NCBI RefSeq assembly: GCF_039654945.1
Contig: NW_027361763.1
Location: forward strand, 28,334,001 to 28,398,000
DNA length: 64,000 bases
Direction: 5' to 3'
DNA from: Dendrobates tinctorius
Lineage: Eukaryota
Below are positions 24,183 to 35,791 of the stretch, piece after piece; position 1 is the first letter of the stretch, and every line of letters begins with the position of its first letter. The position numbers and the translations under genes are program-made. Below the pieces are notes generated by a model that searched no databases, was not told where the DNA came from, and saw only the letters and a list, made by a program, of their open reading frames with translations.

Positions 24183-27100
24183 CTATGTGTCATCAGGGGA
24201 AGGTGGGACAAAATCCTTGGAAACCCATGCATGGTTCATTTTAATGAAGGTTAGATCATCCACATTTTGGGTTGACAGACGGGTCCTTTTTTCTGTCAGG
24301 ATTGATCCAGCTGCACTGAAGACTCTTTCCGATAGCACACATGCAGCTGGGCAAGCGAGCTCCTGTAAGGCATATTGGGCCAATTCAGGCCAGGTGTCCA
24401 GTTTAGCGGCCCAATAGTCAAAGGGGAATGACCTGTGTGGGAGAACATCGATATGGGAGGAAAAGTAGTTTGTTACCATAGTTGACAACTGCTGTCTCCT
24501 GTCACTTTCCATCGATGCTGTATTACCAGTTGTGTGAGCGGTACTTGAAAAATCAGTCCACAACATTGTCATGAAACCCGTCTCCAACGCCACTTCTGCT
24601 GTGTGCACCACGAACACCTCTGCCAAGCTGCCCCCGGCCCGTACGGCTCGTGTGAGAACCATCACCGCTGCTGTGTGCTGGGAATGCCTCAAGCAACCAA
24701 TTTACCAGAGTTGCTTGTTTATTAGCCAATATTAGGTCAAGGTTCTCCTGTGGCATGATGTTTTGTAATTTGCCTTTATAGCGTGGATCCAGGATGCTGG
24801 CCAACCAGTAGTCGTCATCGTTCATAATTTTGGCAATGCGGGGGTCCCTTTTTAGGATCCGCAAGGCATAATCTGACATGTGGGCCAATGTTCCCGGTGT
24901 CAATGATGCACTGCGAGTGCTGGTTGGAGGAGCACTTTCTGGCAAATCCACATCCCTCCAGTCACGCACAAACCCTGTACCAGACCTTGCCACGCCAACA
25001 TTTTCACTTGCCCCACGAGATGCATCCTCCTCCCCTAAGTAATCATCCCCATCATCATCCTCCTCCTCCTCTTCTTCTTCCTCCACCTCGTCCAGGAGAG
25101 GTCCCTGAGCAGACAATGGCTGAATGTCATCAAGGATTCCCTCCTCATCAACATTGGCTGCAGACGCCTGATCCTTAAGGTGCGTCAAAGTTTGCATGAG
25201 CAGACGCATAAGTGGGATGCTCATGCTTAGGATGGCGTCGTCTGCGCTTACCAGCCGTGTACATTCCTCAAAACACTGAAGGACTTTACAGAGGTCTTTC
25301 AGCTTCGACCACTGCACACCTGTCAACTCCATGTCTGCTCTCAAAGTGCCTGGCCGTGTATCCTCCCACAAATGCATTATGGCCTGCCTCTGCTCGCACA
25401 GCCGCTCCACCATGTGCAGGGTGGAGTTCCACCTTGTTGCAATGTCGATAATGAGGCGGTGGTTGGGAAGGTGGAGCAATCGCTGCAGCTTCTGCATACG
25501 AACGGAGTGTACAGGCGACCGGCGGATGTGCGCGCACAGTCTTCGCACCTTCTGGAGCAGGGCTGTTAACTCCGGATAATTTTTGAGGAAGCACTGCACC
25601 ACCAGGTTCAAGGTGTGAGCCAAGCAAGGTATGTGGCTGAGTTTTGAAAGGGCTATGGCTGCCACAAAATTACGGCCGTTATCACTAACTACCTTGCCTG
25701 CCTCAAGATGTACACTGCCCAGCCATGACTCAGTTTGTCGCTGAAAGTACTCGGCCAGCACCTCGGCGGTGTGTCTGTCGCCCAAACACATCATCTGCAA
25801 CACAGCCTGCTGACGCTTTCCACTAGCTGCTCGATAGGGGGACACATCGTGTGCAACAGTGGCAGCTGCAGATGGAGTGCTCGTACGACTGCGCTCTGTG
25901 GACGAGCTTTCGCTTCTGGAGGAGGAGGAGGAGGAGGAGGAGGAGGGTGGAACGCCTACAGCCAACTGTTTCCTATACTGTGGGCTAGGCAGCACTGTCC
26001 CACCAACGCTGTCCCCTGTGGACCCTGCATCCACCACATTAACCCAGTGCGCAGTGATGGACACGTAACGGCCCTGGCCATGCCGACTGGACCATGCATC
26101 AGTTGTGAGGTGCACCTTTCCGCTCACTGACTGCTTGAGTGCATGGACAATGCGGTCTTTCACATGATGGTGGAGGGCTGGGATGGCTTTGCGAGAGAAG
26201 TGGCAACTGGGTAGGTCATAGCGTGGTACTGCATAGGCCATGAGTTCGCGGAAAGCTGTGCTTTCCACCAACCGAAAGGGCATAATCTCAAACGAGATTA
26301 GTTTGGCAATGTGGGCGTTCAAACCCAGTGTACGCGGATGAGAGACTGAGTACTTTCTTGACCTACTCATAGTGTCTGGGAGGGTGAGCTGGACTTGAGA
26401 GCTGCATATGGTGGAAGTAGCGGTGGACAGGGCGGACTGAGAGAGGGTTGATGATGGTGATGGAGTTGGTATTCTTTCTGATGGCCTAGAATCAGTCTTT
26501 CGTTGATATAACAGTGGGATTCCCTGACTGCTGTGGCCTTGCAACGACACCTCAACATTTGCTGCTGTGCTAACCGGTGGGCTTACAGTATGGGAAACAA
26601 TGTAGCGTTGCTGACTACCTTCGTTGTGATCAGTTACACATGTGGCACTTGAGGTTTGGTGTTGTGTCCACGCTTGCAAGTGCATGCTGGTTAAATGTCT
26701 AAGCATGCAACTGGTATTCAAATTTTTCAGATTTTTCCCTCGGCTAAAGGTCTTTGCGCACTTCTTACAGATAACCTTGGCCTGATCATGAGGATTTTGT
26801 TCAAAAAAGTGCCACACTGCACTCTTCCTACTTTGGCAGACATTTTGCGGCCTAGCACGCTGTGATCTTTTGACCCTCTGGACAAGCTGTCCAGCAACTC
26901 TTTTGATGTTTGGAACCTGTCTTTGGAGTGCTCCGGGCCTGCCAGATAACAGCTGTTGCGATGTCGATGTCTGCTGTGGATGCTCCTCATCTGAGCTATT
27001 GGAAGCAGCACCCTCTTCCCCCAATGGATGCCAATCTGGGTCAACAACTGGGTCATCCATCACCTCCTCTTCTATGTCATGTGCACCTTCCTCTGTGTCA

Positions 27101-27717
27101 CCGTGTATGGTGGTATATTGTGCGGGAAGGGGCACCTGAGTCTCATCAGGGTCAGAATCTGGCTCTGTACACTGCGAGGACAATGTAGTGCTCTGAGTGA
27201 ATGTACCAGCAGAATCATCCATCAGCGGCTGTGCATCAGTGCACTCCATGTCAGATTCATCTTGGCCTGGGTAATTCACCATTTGACTTGATAATCCAGG
27301 CATGGTAAGTGAAAACAGCTCCATGGAGTAATCAGTAGTATGACCTGCGTCATCCTTCAATCTTGGTTGGGGTGAAGGACACAAGGAAAGGTGTGGTTCA
27401 TGAACATGAGCCTCCAATGACGACTCAGTGCTTTTACTTTTTACAACTGAAGAAGAGGAGGCGATAGAGCTGGAGGCTGAGTCAGCAATGTAAGACAAAA
27501 CTTTTTCCTGATGCTCTGGCTTTAAAAGCGGTTTGCCAACTCCTAGAAAACTAAGCGTTCAAGGCCTTATGTAGCCAGACGATGACGCAGGCTCAACACC
27601 TCCTGCATTCGGTCCCATTTTGCTCTTGCCACTACCATCAGATCCACCACCAACACCATCATTACCAGCTGCGAACCCCCGCCAAATTCCACGGCCTCTT
27701 CCACCAGCCTTCCTCAT
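24183..27717 (-). pseudogene. hAT/BED-finger (ZBED-like) transposase; premature TGA at 27559-27561 and frameshift near 24590
   Basis: BED finger SAVWHFF..CKKC..LRHLTSMH; TTDAW, SDNG, CLAH, TRWNS and C-terminal SERVFSAAG..RTRL motifs. Confidence 0.92.
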
Positions 27718-27791
27718 TTTTGGTAGAAATGTAGACAAAATCCAACAAACTATATAGTATGTAAAACAAGGTACAAGGTGTCTATAGGACA

Positions 27792-28319
27792 GGGGAGATT
27801 TTGAATTTCTGCACACACTTTTGGACACTGGACACTTTTGGATTGTGTGAGGCCCACTGATATCTGAGCGCTATGTGACAGGCTCGATGGCACAGCTGTG
27901 ACCAAAGTGACTAGAGGATAAGGGAGATTTTGAATCTCTGCACACACTTTTGGACACTGGACACTTTTGGATTGTGTGAGGCCCAATGAATATCTGAGCG
28001 CTATGTGACAGGCTCGATGGCACAGCTGTGACCTAAGTGACTAGAGGATAAGTGAGATTTTGAATCTCTGCACACACTTTTGGACACTGGACACTTTTGG
28101 ATTGTGTGAGGCCCAATGAATATCTGAGCGCTATGTGACAGGCTCGATGGCACAGCTGTGACCTAAGTGACTAGAGGATAAGGGAGATTTTGAATCTCTG
28201 CACACACTTTTGGACACTGGACACTTTTGGATTGTGTGAGGCCCAATGAATATCTGAGCGCTATGTGACAGGCTCGATGGCACAGCTGTGACCAAAGTGA
28301 CTAGAGGATAAGGGAGATT
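27792..28319. repeat. 130-bp tandem repeat, ~4 copies, 5' of the hAT transposase
   Basis: AG[G/T]GAGATT at 27921, 28051, 28181, 28311. Confidence 0.93.
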
Positions 28320-28580
28320 GGATTGCTTTTAAAAAAGCAGTTTGCGGAGCAGTGGGTAAACAGCAATGCCAGCCTGTCAGGAAGCCTTAGAAGGCAGCCC
28401 AACAACCAACACCACTGATACACCACTATATAGCCTCCCCTTGCACTGGACACACAGTGACTGGTGTGTTGTGCAGGCCAAATCGCTAGCAGCAGAAGCA
28501 GTTTTTTGTCTTCTTCCCTGCCTAACGCTCTCCCTACAGAATCAGCAGCAACCTCTCCCTATGCTAAGATCGGCAGAAGT

Positions 28581-28727
28581 AAGATGGCGGTCGGCGTGCA
28601 CGCCCTTTTATACCCCCTGTGACGCCCACCAAAGCAAGCCAATCACTTGCATGCCCTTCTGAAAGATGGTGGTGACCCCTGCCTATGTCATCACGTTGCC
28701 CACAGTGTCCGTGGATCCTGATTGGCT
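28581..28727 (-). promoter_or_regulatory. Putative hAT transposase promoter (TATAAAA 28612-28606, two CCAAT boxes, YY1-like AAGATGGCGG)
   Basis: Motifs read directly inside the 5' end of the element. Confidence 0.55.
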
Positions 28728-30813
28728 GAAAAAGAGCGCAAAACAAACTTTTGAAACGCGACTTTGGCGCGTAAGTCGCCGACCTCGTGGCCGACCTCAT
28801 CCTAGGGTCGGGTTTCGTTTCATGAAACCCGACTTTGCCAAAAGTCGGTGACTTTTGAAATTTTTCGACCCGTTTCGCTCAACTCTAGTCAACAATTATA
28901 AACTTGTATTGAGGGTCTACCAGAGCCAACAATACAACAGAAAAGTATTGTTTATAATTGAAGAATTGGGAGCCTGAGTTCGGCGGCTTACGCACCCTGA
29001 TATGTTTGCCATCCAGGGCCCCAATACAATTTGGAAACTGGCAGTCCTCCTCAAAGTCCCTTGATATCCTTAACCAGTCTTCCATCCTGGGCTCGGGCAT
29101 GACCACTTGATGGCGTCTTGTCCAGATTTGTGCACATGTAGACCTCACTATGCCTGAAATGGTTGACTTTCCAATGAGAAACTCATGGTGGAGGGCGGCA
29201 TAAGACAGGCCAGTGGACAGGAAGCTGTAGAACAACAGAAATAGTAGTTTAGAATGTCTAAAGTAAAAAAAAATCAGTTACATGCCGACCAAACTTGTTA
29301 GGAAATGAGAGAGAAGAACACACACATATTTGGTGGCACAATGACTAAGTGTTATGCTGGACATATAAGGCCTCTTTCACACATCAGGTTTTCGCCGTCA
29401 GGCGCAATCCGGCGCTTTTGACAGAAACCGGATCCGGCGAAATGCAATGCCGGATCCGGTTTCCCCCCCTTGACTTGCATTTGCGCCGGATCGCGCCGGA
29501 TGGCCATGCGTTTCATCCGGTTTTCGCCGGATCCGGCAATGTGTCGCGATCCTGCGTCTGGAAAAAACGGCTACTGTAACGTTTTTTGTCTCCGGCGAAA
29601 AAGCCGGACACGCCGGATCCGGCGCGTCCGTCTTTTTCACACAATGAAAGCCTATGAGCGCCGCAATGCGCCTGATCCGGCGAAAGCCGGATCCGGTGGC
29701 CGGATCCGTTTTTTTTGGTCTGAGCATGCTCAGTAGCTCTGCCCACAAGACATATATAAAAGCAAGACAGTGGGACCCACAGCCACACCCAACATGCCAC
29801 CCAAGAAAGCAACCAAGCACAGCAGGAGAAGGCAGGAGACCACTGCAGCACCATCAGCACCACCACCACCCCAAATGGAGCAGCAAATGGAACATGCTGA
29901 GGAGGGGAGGCCAGCAGCAGATGAGAGACGATAATTATCAAATCCCCCATTCCTCCAAACTAGGGCTATTGAATATCAAGATATTCATTGGCCCTTTATT
30001 TCTCTTTATTCAACAGCCGCCCAATAGATGCAGCAGCAGCAGCAGCAATGGCAGCAGCTGGAACACCACCCACAGGCATGGAGTGTGGCCACCAGGAAGA
30101 CAGCACATCATCTTCTGGGAGCCCTCCCTCGCATCGTCAGCGTTTGACGGTAAGTTTTTATTTCCAAAATCCATCATCTCTGTAATACATGTCTATTCAT
30201 TGCCTTTTATTTCAAAACAGGATTCACAAGATGAAGAGGAGCTCCCAGAAGAAGAAGGAAGGGGTGGACAGACACCTGGAGTGGGCTCACAATTGGTAAG
30301 TTTTTTGCATCAAACGCAGAAACACAACATCACACTACACACAACACATAGAAAACAATGTTCTGCAGACCACACACAGCAAACAAATGCCTACATCCAA
30401 AGACATAACATTTTTTGTTTTCTTCTCTAGTCTTCCCAATCTGGTGCTCGGCCAAGAGGTCCTCGCAGTGCCTCCCAGGGTCGTCGGCGACAGCAACGCG
30501 GCGGTCACCAGCGTGTAAGTATAAATATTTTTGCTTTGTTTTTTTGCACTTTTTATTTCATTTCTTTTGTGGAGGCTAATTATGTTATTTTTGTCTTTTT
30601 CTTTAACAGCCTTCACAGCGTGCTCCCGACTCTGACGGTGAGGATGGAGGACTCGATGTGGACCACCTCATCGATCTCGTCAGAGAAAGGGAGCCGCTCT
30701 GGAATATGGCTGACCGCCGCCACGCTGACATTATCGTTACCCGACGACTCTGGGAGGAAATCTGTTCGCTCCTTGTGGGCCGCTGGGAGGACCTCGATGT
30801 TCGGGCCCAGTTT

Positions 30814-33800
30814 AATGACTTATGGATATGGGACGGACCCCCACTCCATGTTAAAACCACCATAACTACAGTAAACCTAGGCACCAGAATAAATACACAA
30901 CACATTATTTTTGGTTGTCAAAATGGCCACAGCTTTATTTAAATCACAGGATTAACACAATCTCAGTAGGAGTGAGGTGAAGTGCTAGTACATTGGGATT
31001 GACAAGTACTGCGATATCCCAGCTGTCTGACATACAGAACCAGGCCAGACAGCCATAAAGGGGCGGCACACACTGGCTTGCCATTCAAGCAGAGCCAGTA
31101 AACTTTCAGGGCACCAATGACCCTATTATCCTCACTCCTGTGCTTAACCACTGTGGCCGCCCCTGATTGACGTTACCATTACAACGTCCTTGAGGCTGGC
31201 CACAAAAGCCGAGCCTGTTCACCACCATGAGGTTTTACATCCTCTATTAGTTAAAATGAGTCCACCTTAACTTGCCTGCAACTTCCACCTGACTCCTAAA
31301 CCGCCACCAGAGAGGCCATTTGACACCTTAAATGGACTCGCCCCCACCAACCATGCCTAATAAAGCCATCAACCATTTCTACATGCTATGGAAAGTCTGT
31401 GCACACAAGTAATAAGATTAAAATTCCAGAGCTCCGACAGATTAATTTTATCGATGCCATGCTACCAAGTTATGATCGATTATATGGTAACTACAGCAAA
31501 ATAACAGTTGTTAAACATCCTGCAATGAGGATCCCATAATGGGGAATGTGGAAAGTAAGCCATAATTAAGGTCATAGCCACAATCTGAATACCTGCATAA
31601 TGACATCTGTCATGCCTCAAAAAACTATTATACCGCATGTATTGTAGCCAGCTCTAATAATTCACCAAATCACAGATTTTAGTTCTAGAAACCACCATTA
31701 TTTACAGTAGCTGTGCAGTAAAATGTCTTAAACCCACTTACTATCACTACCCGAAAAGTGATGAACATATCAATAGAAAGATATTATAAATAGGGAGTAA
31801 TTAAAACTATACACAATATAACATCAACATTATAACCGACCATAAAATAACATTCAGAATATCTGGAAGCAGCAATTTAAATAAACCTAAAGCAGAAATA
31901 AAGTCTACAAAGGCATTATTAATAACCTGGCCACGCCATTGTTAATTGTTTTTTATGCACTTGATAACATTTACTGTTGACCTCTCCAACTGGGTCAAAG
32001 GCATTGGGAATAGGCATATTGCCCTTTTTGTTAATGCACTTAATTACTTTACCCTTAGCGGCTCCCACTGGCTCAAGGGCACCGGGAGTAGGCATACTGC
32101 CCTTTGTGTTAATGCACTTGATGATACCCTTAGCCGCTCACACCAGCTCAAGGGCATCGGGAATAGGCATATCGCCCTTCATGTTAATGCACTTGATTAC
32201 TTTACCCTTAGTCACTCCCACTGACTCAAGGGCACACTGATTAGGTACATTGCTCTTCAGTTTTGTGCACTAGATAACTGCATTGTCCAGACGACAACCT
32301 TGTTCTCTTCACCCCTCCAGCCGCCGTCCCTGGCACAGAGGAGCCAATTTCTTCTGTAGGCATGCAAAATATGATTGCCCTGACCCCAGGGACATTACCC
32401 TAACAGGGTCCTAAAAAATATAAATGCTTCTGGAGACCAGGGGGCCATACCTTGATGGTCACCCCTCCATAACAGGGGGCCATACCCGAGATGGTTACCC
32501 CCTCCACACCAGGGGGCCATACACGAGATGGTTACCCTCCACACCAGGGGGCCATACACGAGATGATTACCCCTCAAAACCAGGGTGCCATACCTGAATT
32601 GGTTATCCTTCCAAACCCAGGGGGGGGTCCGCGGCCAGTTTATTAACAAATAACAAACATTTACAATAAGTATTAAATACACAATCATATACGACATGAG
32701 GGGAGGGTTCTTGGAGCCCCAAAAATACTGGCTAAATATTTTGGCAAACACACAAGAGCTTACAAAATCCACGTTACCCACAGCCGTAAACCACCAGCTC
32801 GAGGGCACCAAACATCCCATTCCGGTAAGTCCAACCACCGAAAGCTCCCGGGTAACACCCCGTCCAGAGTTACCCGTCCAGAGCCGTAACCAAAAGCCAG
32901 ATCCAGAATTTTAACTTCCAATTCCTTTTTGCTGATTCAGCATCAACTCCAAGAACCCCACCCAGAGGTCCATACTTAATATGTTTACCCCTACTGACCA
33001 ATTTATAAATAGCTTCCAGGACCCACTAAAAGGAAAACAAATGTTTGTTTTTTTTTTTTTTTAAATTCATGTTCTTATTAAAATAAACATAAAATAAACT
33101 TTAAAGCATAAATCACATTAATACGCTGGGGGGAGTCCTTGAAGCTCCCAAATCTGGTGATTACCAAACATAAAATGTACCAACAATTACACCCAGCTGT
33201 TACCCCCACTAGATTGGGAGCACATAGCCACAAGGGTTCCAACGTTCACTTGAATTTCCTCCACCTTTCACCAGGTCCAGAACCATATTAACTTGCAAAA
33301 AGAGGAATCCATATCCCAATGAATCCCCCAGACCAATTTCTAACCAACTTCTAGGACCCCCCTAACCACCAGGCTCCAGGTAATCCACTCAGGCCTGTGC
33401 CATCTGCCATCTTAAGTAATATAAAATAAGCACTTGGTGAGTATACACTGATCCCCTTTTTTTTTTTTTTTTTTTTTAAGTTATTATTCACACCTTTATT
33501 AAAACAAACATACCATAAAACATCAAAACATAAATAATATTAACACGCTGGTAGGAGTCCTTGAAGCTCCCAAAATCCAGTGATTACCAAACATAAAGTG
33601 AACATAAAATGTACCAACAATTACTCCCAGCCGTTACCCCACCAGCTCGGGAGCACCATAACCACAAGGGTTCTGATGTTCACTTGAATTTCCTGGGGAT
33701 CCGACAAACCCTTGCCAAAACTCCCCTCCACCTTTCACCAGATCCAGAACCATATTGAATTCCAAAAGGAGGAAACCATATCCCAATGGATCCCCCAGAC

Positions 33801-35620
33801 CATATTTAACCAACTTCTGGGACCCCCCCAACCGCACAAAATGTGGGATAATTGAGGGTGAAAAACTCACAGGTTTACAACCAAGGTATACAACAGGTTA
33901 ATAATGGAAAATATCCCATCGTAAGGTCCAGAAATAGACAGAGATGGGCAATGCTGTGTTATATGAGAAGCCGCCTGCTCCTCTACAGCAGTTACAGACT
34001 CTAATCACCGGCTGCGCATAAATGGTAAGAAATATGTAGGTGTAATATAAGCTGCCTGCAGCCATAGGTGTGTGAGCAGAAAACTGCAAGTTCTGTATCC
34101 CAGTCACTCTACTACATACAATTACAACAGACGAGAGACAGGGCTGAAAACTGGGCCCATGATGTGTCCTCCAGAGCAATGTGCAGCCTCACACTAGGAG
34201 TGCCCACTCACTGCCCGCCATGTGCTGAGTTATTAGTGCACACTCACTGCCCGCCATGTGCTGAGTTATTAGTGCCCACTCAAATGTGCCGAGTCACTCA
34301 CCGATTATTTATTTTACACATGATAAAACATAAACCATTCAGGCCTGTTCCATCCACCATCTTAGGTAATATAAAATAAGCTCTTGGTGGGTACACTCTG
34401 ATCATGCAATATATGAGGGGGAGGACTAAAGGCAGCAATCGCTACAGAAATCAAGCACTAAGCTGGAAGTCATGTCCAGGTTATATGTACAGCCAGGAAA
34501 ATGACCTGGAGGCACAGGATGTCTATACCCAGCATGATCCGTATATAGCAGAGTGAGGAGTGATATCATGTATACAGGCCTGTGGTACAGGTGAAGTATA
34601 CAGCACAGGAATAGAGCCTTTACACATATACCACATATAGTGAGTAACCTGGTTACACAGGATCTGCACACCCAGCCTCACAGTGTGTAACAGAGATGAG
34701 GTCACATACAGCTCATCAGACTCCATAACTGGGAAGGGGGGTAATCAGAACACAGCAGGGTCAGTATACAGTGCACTGACATGAAGTGCAGCCTCTCATC
34801 ATCATACATATACCATCCCCCGACTGCTCCTCTCACCATCATACATATACCATCCCCCGACTGCTCCTCTCACCAGTGTCTCTAATACATGTGACTGCCC
34901 AGCTCCACCATAGTAATGGCAGACACTGTATGCGTCCCTGCTCTCTCCTATCATACATAAACCCAGCACTCATGAAGACTCTGTATAATACAGCAGTAAT
35001 GTGGGATATCAGAAATGTCTGCAGGGAGGTCACACAAAAGCTGCCTCTGCAATAAGTGAGGAAACATGGCAGCTACATGAATTTCTGAGGTAATCTTGAT
35101 CCCAGATATGATGTAGGAGCGGATACTACCCTAGTACACACTACACAATGTCTGAGGTGAATGCAGAGTAGTATCAAACATGTCTGCAGGGAGGTCACAC
35201 GGAAGTTATCTCACAGTCTGTGAGGAAAATGCAGCATGCACATGAGGGACATGAATTGCTGAGGTAATATTGGTCCCATACATAATGTAGGAGCTGATAC
35301 TACACTAGTACATGATGTCTGAGGTGAATGTGCTCCTATCATCTGTCGTGTGAGGTGATCTCCCCAGTATTATACTCCCTGAAACTGCAGACATGCTTCC
35401 TCCTGTTCATCCTGTCCAAGAAAGAGGGAAGAGACACAGATTTCCTGCTCTATATAAGCCCCACCCTCCTCACAGTAACTCACCAGGCACAGACATACTG
35501 TGCTTCTTACTCTGAAAGCAACATCACTCTAGCTTAAAAATCTACACTATACCAAAAAGCTGCAGGAGTAAAGGTCCACCCATCCCCAAGTCATGTCCTC
35601 CTCCGCCTATGGCTCCAGTG
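30814..35620 (-). mobile_element. Unclassified 4.8-kb insertion, possibly a non-autonomous DIRS-like element
   Basis: Bounded by GTTT on both sides within the MADF exon; short imperfect inverted repeat near the ends; minus-strand TATA-like site ~35451-35457 and AATAAA at 30939-30934; internal ~35-bp, ~76-bp and ~400-bp repeats. Confidence 0.5.
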
Positions 35621-35666
35621 GTTTCTAGAGCGTAAGTATATACAGTACCGGTTGCTTGATGTAAAC

Positions 35667-35791
35667 CAGTGTTTCCCGAACTCCAGTCCTCGTGGTCCCC
35701 ACGGATCATGTGTTCAGGATTTCTATTTACTATGGAAATCCTGAAAACATGACCCCTGGGGACCATGAGGACTGGAGTTTGGGAAACACTG
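35667..35791. mobile_element. 125-bp hAT (Charlie-like) MITE in an intron of the Harbinger B MADF gene
   Basis: TIRs CAGTGTTTCCC.AACTCCAGTCCTC / GAGGACTGGAGTTTGGGAAACACTG; TSD only partly matched. Confidence 0.7.

Larger units (their letters stand above)
20812..28887 (-). mobile_element. hAT transposon, 8076 bp, inserted in the Harbinger A transposase exon
   Basis: TIRs TAGAGTTGAGCG / CGCTCAACTCTA; perfect 8-bp TSD GTCAACAA at 20804-20811 and 28888-28895. Confidence 0.95.

Noticed and set aside
24553-27498. Domesticated host ZBED gene
   Set aside because: Flanked by TIRs and a perfect TSD and carries a stop and a frameshift, so it is a transposon copy.
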